The notes under the pieces were generated by a model. That model was given only the letters and a program-made list of their open reading frames with translations, made no database searches and was not told the DNA's origin. From Hydrolagus colliei (Eukaryota), in assembly GCA_035084275.1 (NCBI GenBank), contig CM068748.1, positions 12,772,001-12,836,000 of the forward strand: a stretch of DNA of 64,000 nucleotides. The letters are read 5' to 3'. Every line of letters begins with the position of its first letter. The first letter of the stretch is position 1. Position numbers and translations under genes: made by a program. Shown piece by piece: positions 36,472 to 48,717 of this stretch.

Positions 36472-37454
36472 TGTATGAATGTTCACGGAGGAGGAAAAGT
36501 AACAGCTAGTAACATTGCTGCAGATTAATCAAGAAATAATCTGGTGTTGATTTACTGAAACAATTTCATGCCAACTTTTTTTTTACTGAAGACAAACAAT
36601 TTGTTCTCAGTGTGCAAAGGAACACAATGAAGCTTTCAAGTGGTGTGACCATCCAGTGAGCTCTATGGTCTAGGAGAAAGAAATGTTAAACAGGGTGTGG
36701 ATGATCCGCAATCAATCCTATATTCCTTTCCTCTGTCAGTCAACTATCGCCATGAACTACAAATAAAGCAAGCAAAGCACAAAGAGTAGCATCCAAAATG
36801 GTTGCTTGATATCGTATCCAGGGACTATTACAAGGTCACAGTAATACAGGGATTTATGAGAAGAATGGAGTTTACCATACTTGCCAAGTCTAACACTGAG
36901 GAGCTGTTGCCAAAGTCCACTCCCACTCTGGCAAAAACATACGAAAAACCTACCAATTCAATTTCTCTGAGGTAATAACAATACCACAGGGTCTTCATCT
37001 GAGCTATCCTTTCAAATGCATAGCTTTTGAAGCAGTCTGCTTCTCTGAATACATTAAATCTTATTGCAAATTAATTTCTCTCATCTTTCCCTCATGGACT
37101 CCTACTTATACAGATGCCTGTTGTATGTAAGTTACCACAGTTGATAGGAGGCAATTTATATTTCTTTCTTGTGGACTCTGATTCCAAAAAACAACTTGGA
37201 GCAGCAGATAGTTTCCTATTGAAAGCATATTCCCATGGCAACATTCAGTCTTACCTGATCTGTGTTTTGTCCTGCCACTAACCCCACTCTTGATTAGTTG
37301 AGAGCAGAGTAATTCATCTGAAATCCTCATTGGGTGGTCTTCTGTTGTTGGGTGGTAGGGGTGAGAGTAGCGGCAAAATGTATTTACTCAGCAAAAGCAG
37401 AGGTAGCAAGACAGTGATGGGCAACAAGGTCAAATTCATGGTAACCAAACTCAA

Positions 37455-37820
37455 TAAAAACGATGCTTGCATTTGATATAATGCATTTCTTGTCAGGAGG
37501 ACATATTGAAGTACATCACAGGATTTAATATAATGAGTAGTGACTGAATATCTTGCACGCAGCAACCAACCTAAGTATTGGCGGCTAGGACAATCGGGAG
37601 AAATTCCCTTCTCTTTTCAAATAGTGCCATTGGATCTTTAACATCTAGCTGAACAGACAGGCAGACAGGTTCTTGGTTTAATGTTTCATTCCAAGGACAG
37701 TACTTCTAACAATACTGTGCACACTTCCCAGAAATGCACCAGAGTTCCAGGCTTAGGCTTTGGAAATTCAAAGCAGCAACTTGGGGTCTGAACAAACAAC
37801 TTCAGTGCTACAACTGACAC
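37455..37820 (-). mobile_element. Older long Deu-domain SINE
   Basis: ttcaaatagtgccattggatctttaacatctagctgaacagacaggcagacaggttcttggtttaatgtttcattccaaggacag is the reverse complement of the Deu core. Confidence 0.8.
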
Positions 37821-39099
37821 CCGGAACTACCCACCCACCCCCAAACTCCAACCCAAACTCCATCATTTTGATCCAGATTTCAACAATGCAAAACTGCTCC
37901 ATTCAGTCTTACTTCAAAACATTAATTTTAGCATTATCTACTTTTGCAAAAACAATGAACCTCATTGTGCATTTTTTCCACTTACAGACACAGAAATTGC
38001 AGAGATAAGTTCAAATAGAATACTGTAAAAGCCATTATGTGATAGACATCATGTAAGTATGCTGATTGCTGTGAAAGAATTTAAGGACACACTGGGTTAG
38101 TGTAATCTAATAGGCATCACAGATGAGGATGGATAATGTCATGCATTTCAGCACCTACAGATTAACACAGCAACATGCCGTGACTTCAGCAACATGCCAA
38201 AAATAAGTCTACGTGTTGCAATGCACCAGTACTGGCCTCTGCTCAATTGAGTTTAATATTGCTTCAGGATAGCATGAACATTAACACATTACACTCACCA
38301 CTGAAATGGTCTTCAGCCCAAGTTATACCATGCAGCACCGAACTCGCACAAGAATACAACAAAACTTGTCTTTACTCGTCACAAGCAAGTAGCCATTGAA
38401 GTTTTGTGGAAACTCGCCTTCAGGGCAATTGCCATCCATTTACTGACCAGCAGACACCAACCTCTCAGACCTATCACCTGTGCGGTTCATTAATGAGCCA
38501 CAGCAGCTTCTCATGGGCTGATGACTTGATTAATAGAACAAACTGTGAGCTCGTCAGGGTAGTAGAGCTTGCATACATGGGGCCAGGACTTACTGAAAAA
38601 ATTGAACAGTTTTAATAACATTATCCATCCTCATCAATGATAACTGGTAATATGTGAATCTCATCAAAGGCTTAACCCCGTGCCTTCCACACACATATGT
38701 GTGCCCAATCAACTGGTTAGGAAATATATATTTAAAACAAAACAAGATGGAAATTTCTTTAGTCATTTCCTTATCAACGACGTAAGTAAAAATCAATAAT
38801 ATGATACATCTTGCGTTTTTTTTTAAAAAAGACAAAGTTGCACATCAATATGCAGTGATTATCGCTGAATATTAACATGAAGATATTTCCACAATTCTGA
38901 CAAAAAAAGGAATAATATGAATAAGAGTTAATAGTATTAATTCTGTTCATTAATCCACATGTTGCTGTTTAAGAAGTTAATTTGTGAGCTTCCATAACTA
39001 TGTACATATGTGCAACAAACAATTAAAAAAATCCTAGGATTTGATACAATAATATCTATACCTGCCTATAATATCTATAACATCTATAACTTCATATTG

Positions 39100-39400
39100 C
39101 ATATGGTTCTGGACACAGTGACATACTGTAACTTTCCAGGTCCAATAGGCAGTGCAGAGTAGAGAAACAAGGATGATCTTCAATGTTAGAAGAAGTTGCT
39201 GAAGGCAGTAATCAGACAATGTAGGACTCTCCATTCTTGAAAGGAGATGTTTGAGAGAGATCCTTATGGTAGAATATAACATTTCAAGTAGTTTGAGAAA
39301 GTAAACACAAAATAAAATGATCAGATACACCAAGAGAGCACAACAAGAGAACATTTTTCGAGTTGCAAACAGCAATTTCAGGACAGACACCAAGAAGCAT
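39100..39400 (+). mobile_element. Decayed CR1 ORF2 3' remnant
   Basis: gtaggactctccattcttgaaaggagatgtttgagagagatccttatggtagaatataacatt translates VGLSILERRCLREILMVEYNI, resembling LGLFSLEKRRLRGDLIEVYKI. Confidence 0.6.
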
Positions 39401-39411
39401 TTGTTCACCTG

Positions 39412-39715
39412 GAATGGAACACAGCAACAGGAGTAGGCCATTCAGCTCTTCACGCCTATTCCGCCATTTAATTAGATCATGGCTGATCCGTACCTCAACT
39501 AATCCCTTCAATTCCAATTTCCTGTTTTCTCTCCATATCCCTTAATACCCTGACCTACCAACAATCTATCAACCTCACTCTTGAAGGTGTTGATGGATCC
39601 AGCATCCACGGCCTTTTGGGGAATAGAATTTCAGATTTCTACCACCCTTTGAGTGAAAAACTGCTTCCTGATTTCACTCTAAAATGACTTGGTTCTCATT
39701 TTAAAAACATGCCCT
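39412..39715 (-). mobile_element. CR1 LINE 3' end
   Basis: caggagtaggccattcagc..gatcatggctgatc..gaatagaatttcagatttctaccaccctttgagtgaaaaa (reverse complement FFTQRVVEI*NS, the CR1 terminal motif). Confidence 0.88.
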
Positions 39716-39949
39716 GTATCTTCAGCACCTTCAGACTTCCACCCGACATAAAAGGTGCTTTACAACTGTAATTTGTTATATGTGGTAGCAGTGTGGTAAA
39801 GGCAGCATTATATATTAGAAATTTGCTGCCTACATACATTTTCCACAAGTCTGGCCTTAGGCCATTATGTATTAAAAAAATGGAAAGTTAGCACTAACAG
39901 TTCACAATTTTGCAGTGCTGTCTCATACCCTGCTGATTTGCTATGGTTA

Positions 39950-40135
39950 CAACAACAAATTAAATTTCTCTACTGCCTTTCACATTGGGAGGATGTCCCA
40001 CGGGGCTGGACATTGAGCGATTTCAACCCAAGCAGCAGGGTGGAATCGGGAGGTGTTGGATGCAGAGAGGGTAGGGATAGAAGGTTGCAGAGGAGATGTG
40101 CCTTGAAGGAGGTATTCCAAAAGTTGAGGACAGAG
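39950..40135 (-). mobile_element. Decayed L2 3' fragment (type b)
   Basis: acaacaac tail, gcctttcacattgggaggatgtccca stem-loop, gtattccaaaagttgaggacagag. Confidence 0.75.
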
Positions 40136-40431
40136 AACACAGGTTCAATTGCATATCAAGGAGATCAAATTAAATGTTGTGCTGTAACAGTTAGATATAC
40201 TGTATCAGTGTCCCTTTTAGACAAATAGCTTCAGAAAAGGATTAGTGTTGGTTGTTCTACGAATTGATTCCATCTGTACAGGGGGAGAAGCCAGGGTTGT
40301 GGAATTCAGGAATTGGATTAAAATTCCCCAGTAATTTATGTTGGATTCACATTAGGATTCAGGGACAGTGTACACAATACTTGCCCCCAGGAACTAAAGT
40401 GGATGTGCGAAGCACCTTATAGAGTAGGTTT

Positions 40432-40501
40432 GTGGAATCCTGAAGCTCAGTGGTCAGAGCACTCGCCTTACAAGCGAGAGATCTGGCTTATTATTATTAT
40501 T
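40432..40501 (+). mobile_element. SINE head joined directly to a (tta)n tail
   Basis: gtggaatcctgaagctcagtggtcagagcactcgccttacaagcgagagatctggc followed by ttattattattat. Confidence 0.8.
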
Positions 40502-42384
40502 TCACATAAGCATGGAGGGATGTAGCTTGATGTGCCAAATAGCACTGGAGTGTCAGCACTAGTCTATGTGAGTTCAAAGTCTCTACAAGGAGAGCTAGAC
40601 ATTACTGTTGGTAAGTGCATGCCCAGAACTCTGCTATCGAGTGCCAAACACTGGTCTCTTTATTGAAGAGCCAAGAATTGTCCCTGAACGATTTTAGCTA
40701 TGTTGCCAATAAATAGAGATTGGGATAATTTGTGTACCTACATGATGGAGGTGTGGAGGAGTAAAAGGTATGAATCAGACTGTCTTTGAAAAACTAATGA
40801 GGAGAAACAAGAGTAACTTGTTATTTATGCTGTTTCTCATATTGCCTAACTCTTTGTCTCCTGCTTCTTTAGATTGTGTTTAGGGTTGTGAATGATTAAT
40901 AGTGTGCTTTACAGAGCTGCAGACAGCACTATCTCGAATGACAATGATATCTCTGTGTCTCTCCAATGGGATCAGTGCATCTCTCTTGCTCATATTTTAA
41001 GAACTGAAAAGCAGTCCTGCACATGAGAAAATTTATCAGGGAACATCCACAAGCTAACAGTGTTGCAGAATGAGATCATTTCCAAAAGGCAAACATTCAA
41101 GGAGGAAAATCTCCCTTGGGATTAACCGAACAATTTTCAAAGAGCAAAGTTTGTAATGTCACCAGCCCAGCAGAAATGCACGCGAATATAAAAATGTTTC
41201 TATAAGTGCTTCAGGTGATATGCAAAGGGGGCGACCTGGCTGCCTGAACTGCGGTGTTCAGATGTTGTGAAGGTAAAACTCTAAGCAGCTTCTTGTTCAC
41301 AACCTGACAGAGATAAATGATCAGACTATATTTACTCTATAACAATGTAATGTGGCAGCAGGGAGTCTCCCATCTGCATTGAAACTATCCAATAGACCAC
41401 TCAGTTTTCAAATTCCTAACTGTGCTGTTTTATATTGAAATTTAAACAGCGCACTCAGGTGATTGGATTGACATTCCTTCACCTGCCAGGTTAAGTCGTT
41501 ACAGGGAAAGCAAAATAAACTCCACAAAATAGTTCACCAAAGCGCTGGCACACCATCATTCATCACTGCCAAAAACATAAGCATCTCCAGCCTTGGCCAG
41601 AGGCTGACAGATTTCTATTCCTGGAGAAGAAGATTTGAAGACACTGAAAACATTAAAATCGACTTTGCTGGAAGATAAATGGAGATTGGGCTGATTTACG
41701 AAAACATCACAGTGATACACTAATAAACCCAGAAATGCGAGGAGTGGAACACTGTTAAACACTCAAAATAACATTAACTTTCTTAGAATGAATGCATTGT
41801 GTTTTGTTGTTGGGGAGAGGAATGCAACTAATATTCTGGGAAGGTGACACTGAGGGACAAATCTAAGAGCACATTAAAAAATTGGAGTTGCAATACTCAG
41901 GAAACAAGATTTCAGTGCATCCAAGAGAATGGGGGTGGGGGTGGTGGGGTGGGTGTGCTCTCCCTACTTTAAAGGTCACAATGTATTACATTCACCAATC
42001 TCAATCAAGCTTTGATTGTGTCAAATTAGCTTTGATTGGATCAGTATTCATATAGTAAAACTACTCAGGATTTGCTCCCCAAATTTCTGGAATTTTGAGA
42101 AGTCACAGAAATAGCTAGTGTGGTTACTGTGATGCACTCAGATGTGATTCAGTAGGTCCTATTGTTAGGGTAAAGGAGGTTTGGCTCCTCATGTGAACAC
42201 AAAATAGCTCTCCTAAAATAATTGAATCCTGACAAAATCAAGATTGATTCTCACATTATTTGGCAAAACTGTAATTAAATGGTGACATTAATTACTGAGA
42301 TTTCATAACTCATATATCATGTTAAATATGATAAGATTATGATAAAGAACTATATAAAACCCAAAAGTATTATTATATTACACA

Positions 42385-42565
42385 TAAAAAATAATAATTT
42401 GGTCACTCAATCCACGACTGTCTGTGGGACACTGCTGTTTGCAATTGGCTGCTGAGTTTCGCCCACAAATATATATAGTCAACTCACTTTACAGTATATT
42501 CTTTGAGACGTCTAGAAGATATGGAAAGCGCTATATCAAATGCAAGGATTATTATTATTATTATT
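42385..42565 (+). mobile_element. SINE 3' half
   Basis: ggtcactcaatccacgactgtctgtgggacactgctg..ggaaagcgctatatcaaatgcaagga(tta)n. Confidence 0.92.
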
Positions 42566-42944
42566 AAAGCTCGTCTTCTAACTTTTTGGATGTTAAACAA
42601 AAAAGAGATTTATGTAATCAATGGACCATCATAATTCTGGCTTCCTGCTAACTGTGGCAGAGGTTAACATCTTATAACACAATTTCATAGACAGAACTAA
42701 AGGGGTGGATCTAGTTAAATATTAATCTTTATATTTCATATTGCACCTTACACATTAGGAGCACCCCTCAAAGTCTTCGCAAGATAAACTGTAAAATGTA
42801 GTGATTGTGTATTTTGTCGACAACTCATTCACACAAGTATCCATACTTTTCCTGCCTCTGTACTATACTGTCATGCTAGAGCTACCCATAATTCAACATT
42901 TAAATGAATTGCTCCCTAATTAACATTGTGTGAAAAATAAGTAA

Positions 42945-43115
42945 AGAGAAAAAATGTTGGAATAAAACCGAAACACTCAGCATGTCAGGCAGCATCTATG
43001 GAGAAAGGAAAAGTGAGTCAATGTTTTTGGTCCACAACCCATCATCAGAACAGGATTCCCAGCAATTTCTGTTTTTGTTTCAGATTTCCAGCATCTGCAG
43101 TATTTTTTGTGTTTT
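42945..43115. mobile_element. Short shark-type repeat resembling a Penelope pseudo-LTR derivative
   Basis: actcagcatgtcaggcagcatctatggagaaag..acccatcatcagaac..ccagcaatttctgtttttgtttcagatttccagcatctgcag matches, from memory, a widespread chondrichthyan repeat; minus strand carries a hammerhead-like CTGATGA core. Confidence 0.65.
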
Positions 43116-43814
43116 TTTAATGTAATTGATATCAACAAATGTGAACTATTATAAATTTATCAAAATGTAGCTATGTTTTATGTCCTGGTAACATCTGACT
43201 ACTGTTGAATTACATAGAAAGATATTTTGTAGCCTGGAAAATTTAAAACAGATGAATGGTTCTATTATCCAAAAATACTCATACTGTATTTAGTTTCATG
43301 CTCAGTTTAATTAGTGGAACAAGTTGCAGGTGATGTGCCTCGCGAGTATTTGAATACTTTACAATTCAAATCTCTTTATCCATCTTTCTCAACTGTACAG
43401 TTTAGTCCAATGCTCCACAATAAGTTATTTAATACATTGTGGAGAATAGTTTGATGTTTTTAAGACTCTCAGGATTCCTTGTACATAATGTTTGGCAAAA
43501 GCTTTATATTTTAGGAGATTTCCGGTTTGCAATAGAATAATTCAAAAACCAAATGGTTCATTTAAAAACCTCTGCAGTATCAGTATCACTCCTGGCCTTG
43601 GAGCATCTCCCAGTATAGAAAAATTATAACATTTATTCAAAGTGATGATAGAGACCAAATAGAGTTGCTAGCCTTTCATTGTTGCCTGGGTAAATAATAA
43701 TAAAAAATAGTCCTTGCATTTGATATAATCCCTTTTCAGGCCATCAAAGTGTTTCACAGGATTTCAACCGCCAAGTGAACATGTGGTACCAAAATCAAAT
43801 GAAATACTTATCAC

Positions 43815-44172
43815 TATCTACATCTGCAACTTCCTAACCCCCCCTAGCAACCTGCCCCCCCTCCTCTGCTCAGCAGGCTCTGGCTTGCTCCACGTCCACC
43901 GCCCCACCATTGTCAGGCGAACCTTCAGCCACTCTGGAACTGCATCCCATAGTCCCGCTGCCTCGTCCCCTCCCTGGCCTCCTTCAAGTCTCACCTCAAG
44001 ACCCTTCACTTTAACTGTCCCATCGCTTTAACTGTCACCCAAAATCACCCCCTTTCCCGCCACCCTCCTCAACCCCGACCCCAGCTTGGGTCTAAAATAA
44101 TGACTGATCAGCGCCTTGGGACATCCTCCTGATGTGAAAGGCGCTATACAAGTGTAATTTTATTGTTGTTGT
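43815..44172 (+). mobile_element. L2 3' fragment (type b)
   Basis: SAGSGLLHVHRPTIVRRTFSH; tail cagcgccttgggacatcctcctgatgtgaaaggcgctataca..(gtt)n. Confidence 0.92.
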
Positions 44173-44173
44173 T

Positions 44174-44472
44174 ATAGCTCAGTGGTTGGAGTAGTTGCCT
44201 CACAAGCAAGAGACCTGGGTTCGTTTCCCGGCAGGTCAGGATGAAATCTTGGCCAACTTTCCTGACCCGATATGCCTGATAATACTTCCCCAAAAAACAA
44301 TAATAAATTGGTCATTTCAATGTATGACTATTTGTGGGATACTGCTCTGCACAATTGGCTGCTACGTTTCGCCCACATATATACAGTCCACTTTACAGCA
44401 TATCCTGTGAAGCTCTCTCAGATGTCTAGCAGACATGAAGAGCGCATATCAAATGCAAGGATTATTATTATC
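44174..44472 (+). mobile_element. tRNA-derived SINE directly abutting the L2 tail
   Basis: tagctcagtgg (A box), gttcgtttcc (B-box variant), full body, gcaaggattattatt. Confidence 0.92.
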
Positions 44473-45039
44473 TTACTATAATGCATGTTCAAAGATGCAG
44501 ATTAGTTTTGCTAAGTATAAACCGGTTGTTAAACTTTTGATAAAAGTCTACGCTATGATTTGTCAAAGATAAACAATTCAACTCAAGGACCTTGCAGAAT
44601 ATTGTATTATATTACACCACCCAATTCCTATGGAGAGATTTACATAACATCTCACAGGTATGAGCAACACTGTTAAAATTGACAAAAATGATTACAAAAC
44701 AATTCCTAGATGCATATTGTGCACTGAGCTTTATTGCCAAATCAGTGGTGTTAACATCCGTAGATTCCTGCTCAAATTGTATTTGATCTGGTTAAGTATT
44801 GTGTAGCGTTCTACTCACCACATCATAAAGTAATATTCAGATTCTAGAGGCAACATGGAATAACACAACAAGGATGATTATCAATCTTAGAATTATCAAT
44901 CTTTAGTTATCTTTAAGATAACTAAAGGCTGGAGCAATTCAATCTGCAAAACTACTGTTTCACAATTATCGAGTTATTATATACTGTATAAGGTATCATA
45001 TGTGATTCAGAAAAATACTTTCAGGTCTGCCAAGGCAGA

Positions 45040-45430
45040 ATGACGAGAGGGCTTGAGTTAAGTTGTGAAGGGCACACAGTGGGAAGCATTTCTTCACATA
45101 TAAAAGGGTAATTAATAGTTGAACTCAGGTGGGTGGCTTGAAGGTCAGAGTTACTGCAGATAGATTTGTCCACGGAAGGAATTCATATAACAAAGTACTG
45201 CACTGCTCACAATCACTGTATGGAGACGTTCATATCTCTCTATTGATTTCAACAAAGAAGCAGTCTTAATCATTTGTTATCCTCACCTCACCCAGGAAGG
45301 TTGGAATAGGCTAGGACACTGGACTCTAACCAGCCTTGATGTTTGATGATGTAATGGGAAGAGATAGGGTAAGCATTCTGGAAGAATATCAAATGAGCTA
45401 AAGGTCCGTCTTCATCTACATCTCTCTTGT
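45040..45430 (+). mobile_element. Very decayed CR1 3' end
   Basis: gaagcatttcttcacatataaaagggtaattaatagttgaactc resembles KHFFT.RVINSWNSL; gagctaaaggtccgtcttcatc near the end resembles the CR1 terminus. Confidence 0.5.
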
Positions 45431-46473
45431 GATATTCATAACTCATTCAATCATCAATGCATTTTCTGTATCCAAACAGAAAGAACCTGTCATTTAATCA
45501 GTATTATCTCCAATAGCCTCAGAGAAATACATGTCCATTCAAGTGATCATTTTCTGTAAAACTCGACAAGTCAATACTCCTCCCTCCCATCTGCTGGCAG
45601 CTGCTCTAATGCCTTGGATGAACCACTCTATGTGCAATGCAGACCTGGGAGAATGTTTCCCCAAATTGTGCTCAAATTATGTCTCTCTAAAGGGCAGCTT
45701 TGAAAAAAAAACACAATTTCAAATTTGGAGACTGGACATCATTCAGGACATCATTAACCTAAAACATCAAACTAATAGTCCCAGTCGTAGCCAAACTTCA
45801 CGTATTCATATTAAAAGGATCTTATGAATTATAATACAAAATATGTAAGTCACTTAATGTACCCATCGAGGGCATCAGTACATTCATATTCAATTGAGAG
45901 TCTTGTGAGTAAAGCATTCAACCACAATATCGGTAATCTTTAGTGATAAGGGCCCAGCTACAAATTTCATTTTGTCCAATATCAAATAGCATTCATGGCA
46001 TTATAGATGAGGATAATTCTAGCTACAAATCCTTGTCCTGTTGTACTTTACATTTTTTGTGTCAATTATAATCAAACAGGCATCGTTCCTTTCACTACGG
46101 GAGGTGATGAGAGTTTTGGAGATCAGTGAAGATTGCCATTCTCACCCATTGAGCACCTTCTGCAGAGCACACAAATTAATAAACTGTTTCTTCTGACTTT
46201 AATGAGGAAGCTGCCAATAAAGATTTACTGCCAACGAATTGGAATCAATACCTTGGCTGTAATTAAGCAGCTTAAAGGAGGAAATGTATTGAAAGTGCTG
46301 TAACACCAAGCACTAGAGTGAAGGGAGACGAGAGACTGAATGGCTAACAAAGGCACTAAAATAATGCAGACATTGGCCATTTATGCTGGCCATCTCAATA
46401 CTGTACACCGGCAGCAGCATGACAGGAAAAACTTTTTATTTTATTAATGAATCTGTTTCTGCTTACTCCTCAC

Positions 46474-46573
46474 CTGTCCGTAGCCTTCGGACATCTTTCA
46501 GGGCACATGAATGGATGAAGAAAAATTGTAGATCGAGTAAAAGATCCTTTCATGGTTTCAGAAGGGAGAGATG
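46474..46573 (-). other. Candidate exon in a repeat-free block
   Basis: Donor CAG|gtgagg at 46474/46473; acceptor ttttttttgttgggctaccag or internal tgccctgaaag; CpGs retained. Confidence 0.3.
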
Positions 46574-47317
46574 CTGGTAGCCCAACAAAAAAAAAGATGA
46601 ATCATCTAAAAATCATGTAATGTTTCATACCCTCGTTGATGGGCAACCAAACCTTGAAATCTTTATTGACATTTAGCACACCAGCTGATCAGTAATTGCA
46701 ATAGGGTCTGAATCTCTGATGATGTCATGTAAAAGAAGCTTCTGAACTTCTGCAAAGCTTGGTTTCTCTTTGACGAAAATCATTACAGGTTTTGGAAAGA
46801 ATGTGAGGCAGATTAACTCCATGGAATAAATAACCTCCTTTAAAACTTCACCCAACGAGCGTGAGCGAAAGACGTGAGACTGCAGCAGAGTTCTACTGCA
46901 AGAATTAAGAGGGGTTTTTTTCCCACTCTGGAATTTTTTAAATGTCTTTAAATTTTCAAGTTGAGTAAAGCAGTAAAAATAAGTTATCACAAAACTGTGG
47001 AAAAAAGTTTTAGAATATTGCACAATTAAATCAGAAATAGAAGATTTCTCTTGACCAGCCTGGCTCGCTGAGCTGTGAAGATGAGAACGCTGTGAAGCAG
47101 TGATGCAGGTTTAGGTGAAATATATTTCCAGTGGTCATTACTGTGAACGCCTCACTTGCATTGCCAATGACAAGTAAATTCTGTAGCTGTCAAGAGTTTC
47201 AAAGCTCTCAAAATGAATTTCACTAAATTTGTGGAGAAAGATATGTCAAATCTCTACTCTTTCAACCCTCCTCAAATGATCCATCCTGCATTACAACCAA
47301 GATTTTCCCTTTGCATT

Positions 47318-47500
47318 TTTTCTCTTCTCTCTTGCAAGCATTGAGTCATGCCAGAGTATGACTTAACAGAAGCTAGCGGTTCTCTATTGCATCATCCAAT
47401 GGCCTTCATTCATGCTTAATTCCAGATGGCATGAGTTGAAAGATTATTTGACCATGGGGACATTACAAGTGAACCTAACCCTGCTCTCAACTACCATTCA
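47318..47500. mobile_element. Ancient interspersed repeat fragment, related to 50040-50125
   Basis: Resembles from memory a common shark repeat (…tatttgaccatggggacattacaagtgaacctaaccctgctctca); family not named. Confidence 0.4.
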
Positions 47501-48374
47501 CAAAAGATGAAAGTAACACTTACTTTATTGATTCCTCCAATGTTATTAGTATTAGCAAAGGTCCCCTGCACTCCAACTCATTGTGACCTTAAACACAAGA
47601 CCAAGAAATATAAGAATACAGTGTCTAACCAAGAGCTGTAATTTCACCTGCTCAGGGTCACTAAGTATCAAAAGGACTGGCTTCAGTCCCAAGAGCCAAG
47701 TGTGGGTATGCTGTGAAGCCTTTTTCTGTTTCAGTAAATCTCGCCATATTGTGTGCCTTGAAGGCACGTGTGCAATCATTTGCATAGTTTATCACCAACA
47801 GAACTAAAAATAAAATCTTCAAATGAAAGTTTCAACTTGCCGTACTCACTCCAACACTACAGTTGGGCTCAAAGGTGTCGTCTCCTGATATTATCCTTTC
47901 TGATCATGGCACCCAGCAATTTAATCCAGCTTCAGAGGATACCATTTTAACTCAGGCAAAATCATTTGAAACAATACTCAAATTCTAGCTCTGGAGAAAA
48001 GGATCAAGCCTAGTATCGCTATGCAGGAATCCAAGATGATGTTTGAAATATTTCGCAAGCCAACTTCAGGCCCAGCCACAGGGCCAATGGTAAATGTGGG
48101 TGGGGGAGAGAGGGAGGGAAGAGGAAATTTGTATCCATGGCTAATCTTTAGCAATAGATTGAGAATGTGAAAATGTGATCATATTAAATCTGATATGAAC
48201 ATTACATTTTTCACCCATTATTGCATTATCATAGTCATCATCTCCATCCCTCTCTAATCATCTCCACCATTCTCTAATACAAGCGTGCAGATTGTATTCA
48301 AGTCCCTCATTGGTGCGCTAAATGGCTTGTTTCTGTGCTGTAATATTCTCTGATTCTATACCTGTGAAATGGAG

Positions 48375-48715
48375 TCATAGACTATTATAATAATACCAAT
48401 TACAGCACAAAAGGAGGCCATTTGGCCCATTGGGACAGGGCTGACTCTTTGGAAGACTTAGCCAATCAACAACAACAACAACAACAATTTACATTTATAG
48501 AGCGCCTTTCACGTCGGGAGGACGTCCCAAGGCGCTGAACAGGAGGCGTGTGACCTGAGCTGGGAGGGGAGTGTTTGGGAAGGGGTGAAACACGAAGGGG
48601 AGGTAAAAGAGTTTGGGGTGGAACAAAAGGCACGATCGAAGAGGAAAGTCTTCAAACCGGCCTCGAAAGAGGAAAGGGAAGAGACGAAATCAGTCCCATT
48701 CCCTCATTCTTTCCC
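48375..48715 (-). mobile_element. CR1 3' end interrupted by an L2
   Basis: acagcacaaaaggaggccatttggccca..ggctgactctttggaagacttagccaatca resumes after the L2 as gtcccattccctcattctttccc. Confidence 0.8.
48469..48687 (-). mobile_element. Young L2 3' fragment (type b) with a 5-bp TSD
   Basis: (aac)n tail, agcgcctttcacgtcgggaggacgtcccaaggcgct; flanked by aatca at 48464-48468 and 48688-48692. Confidence 0.93.
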
Positions 48716-48717
48716 TA

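Noticed and set aside
37255-37317. 63-nt frame-preserving minus-strand exon candidate (ELLCSQLIKSGVSGRTKHRS)
   Set aside because: Good donor but no polypyrimidine tract at the acceptor (gaggatttcag), and no recognisable peptide
39034-39441. 135-aa hydrophobic ORF resembling a membrane protein
   Set aside because: It is antisense to a decayed A-rich CR1 remnant, which explains the hydrophobic composition
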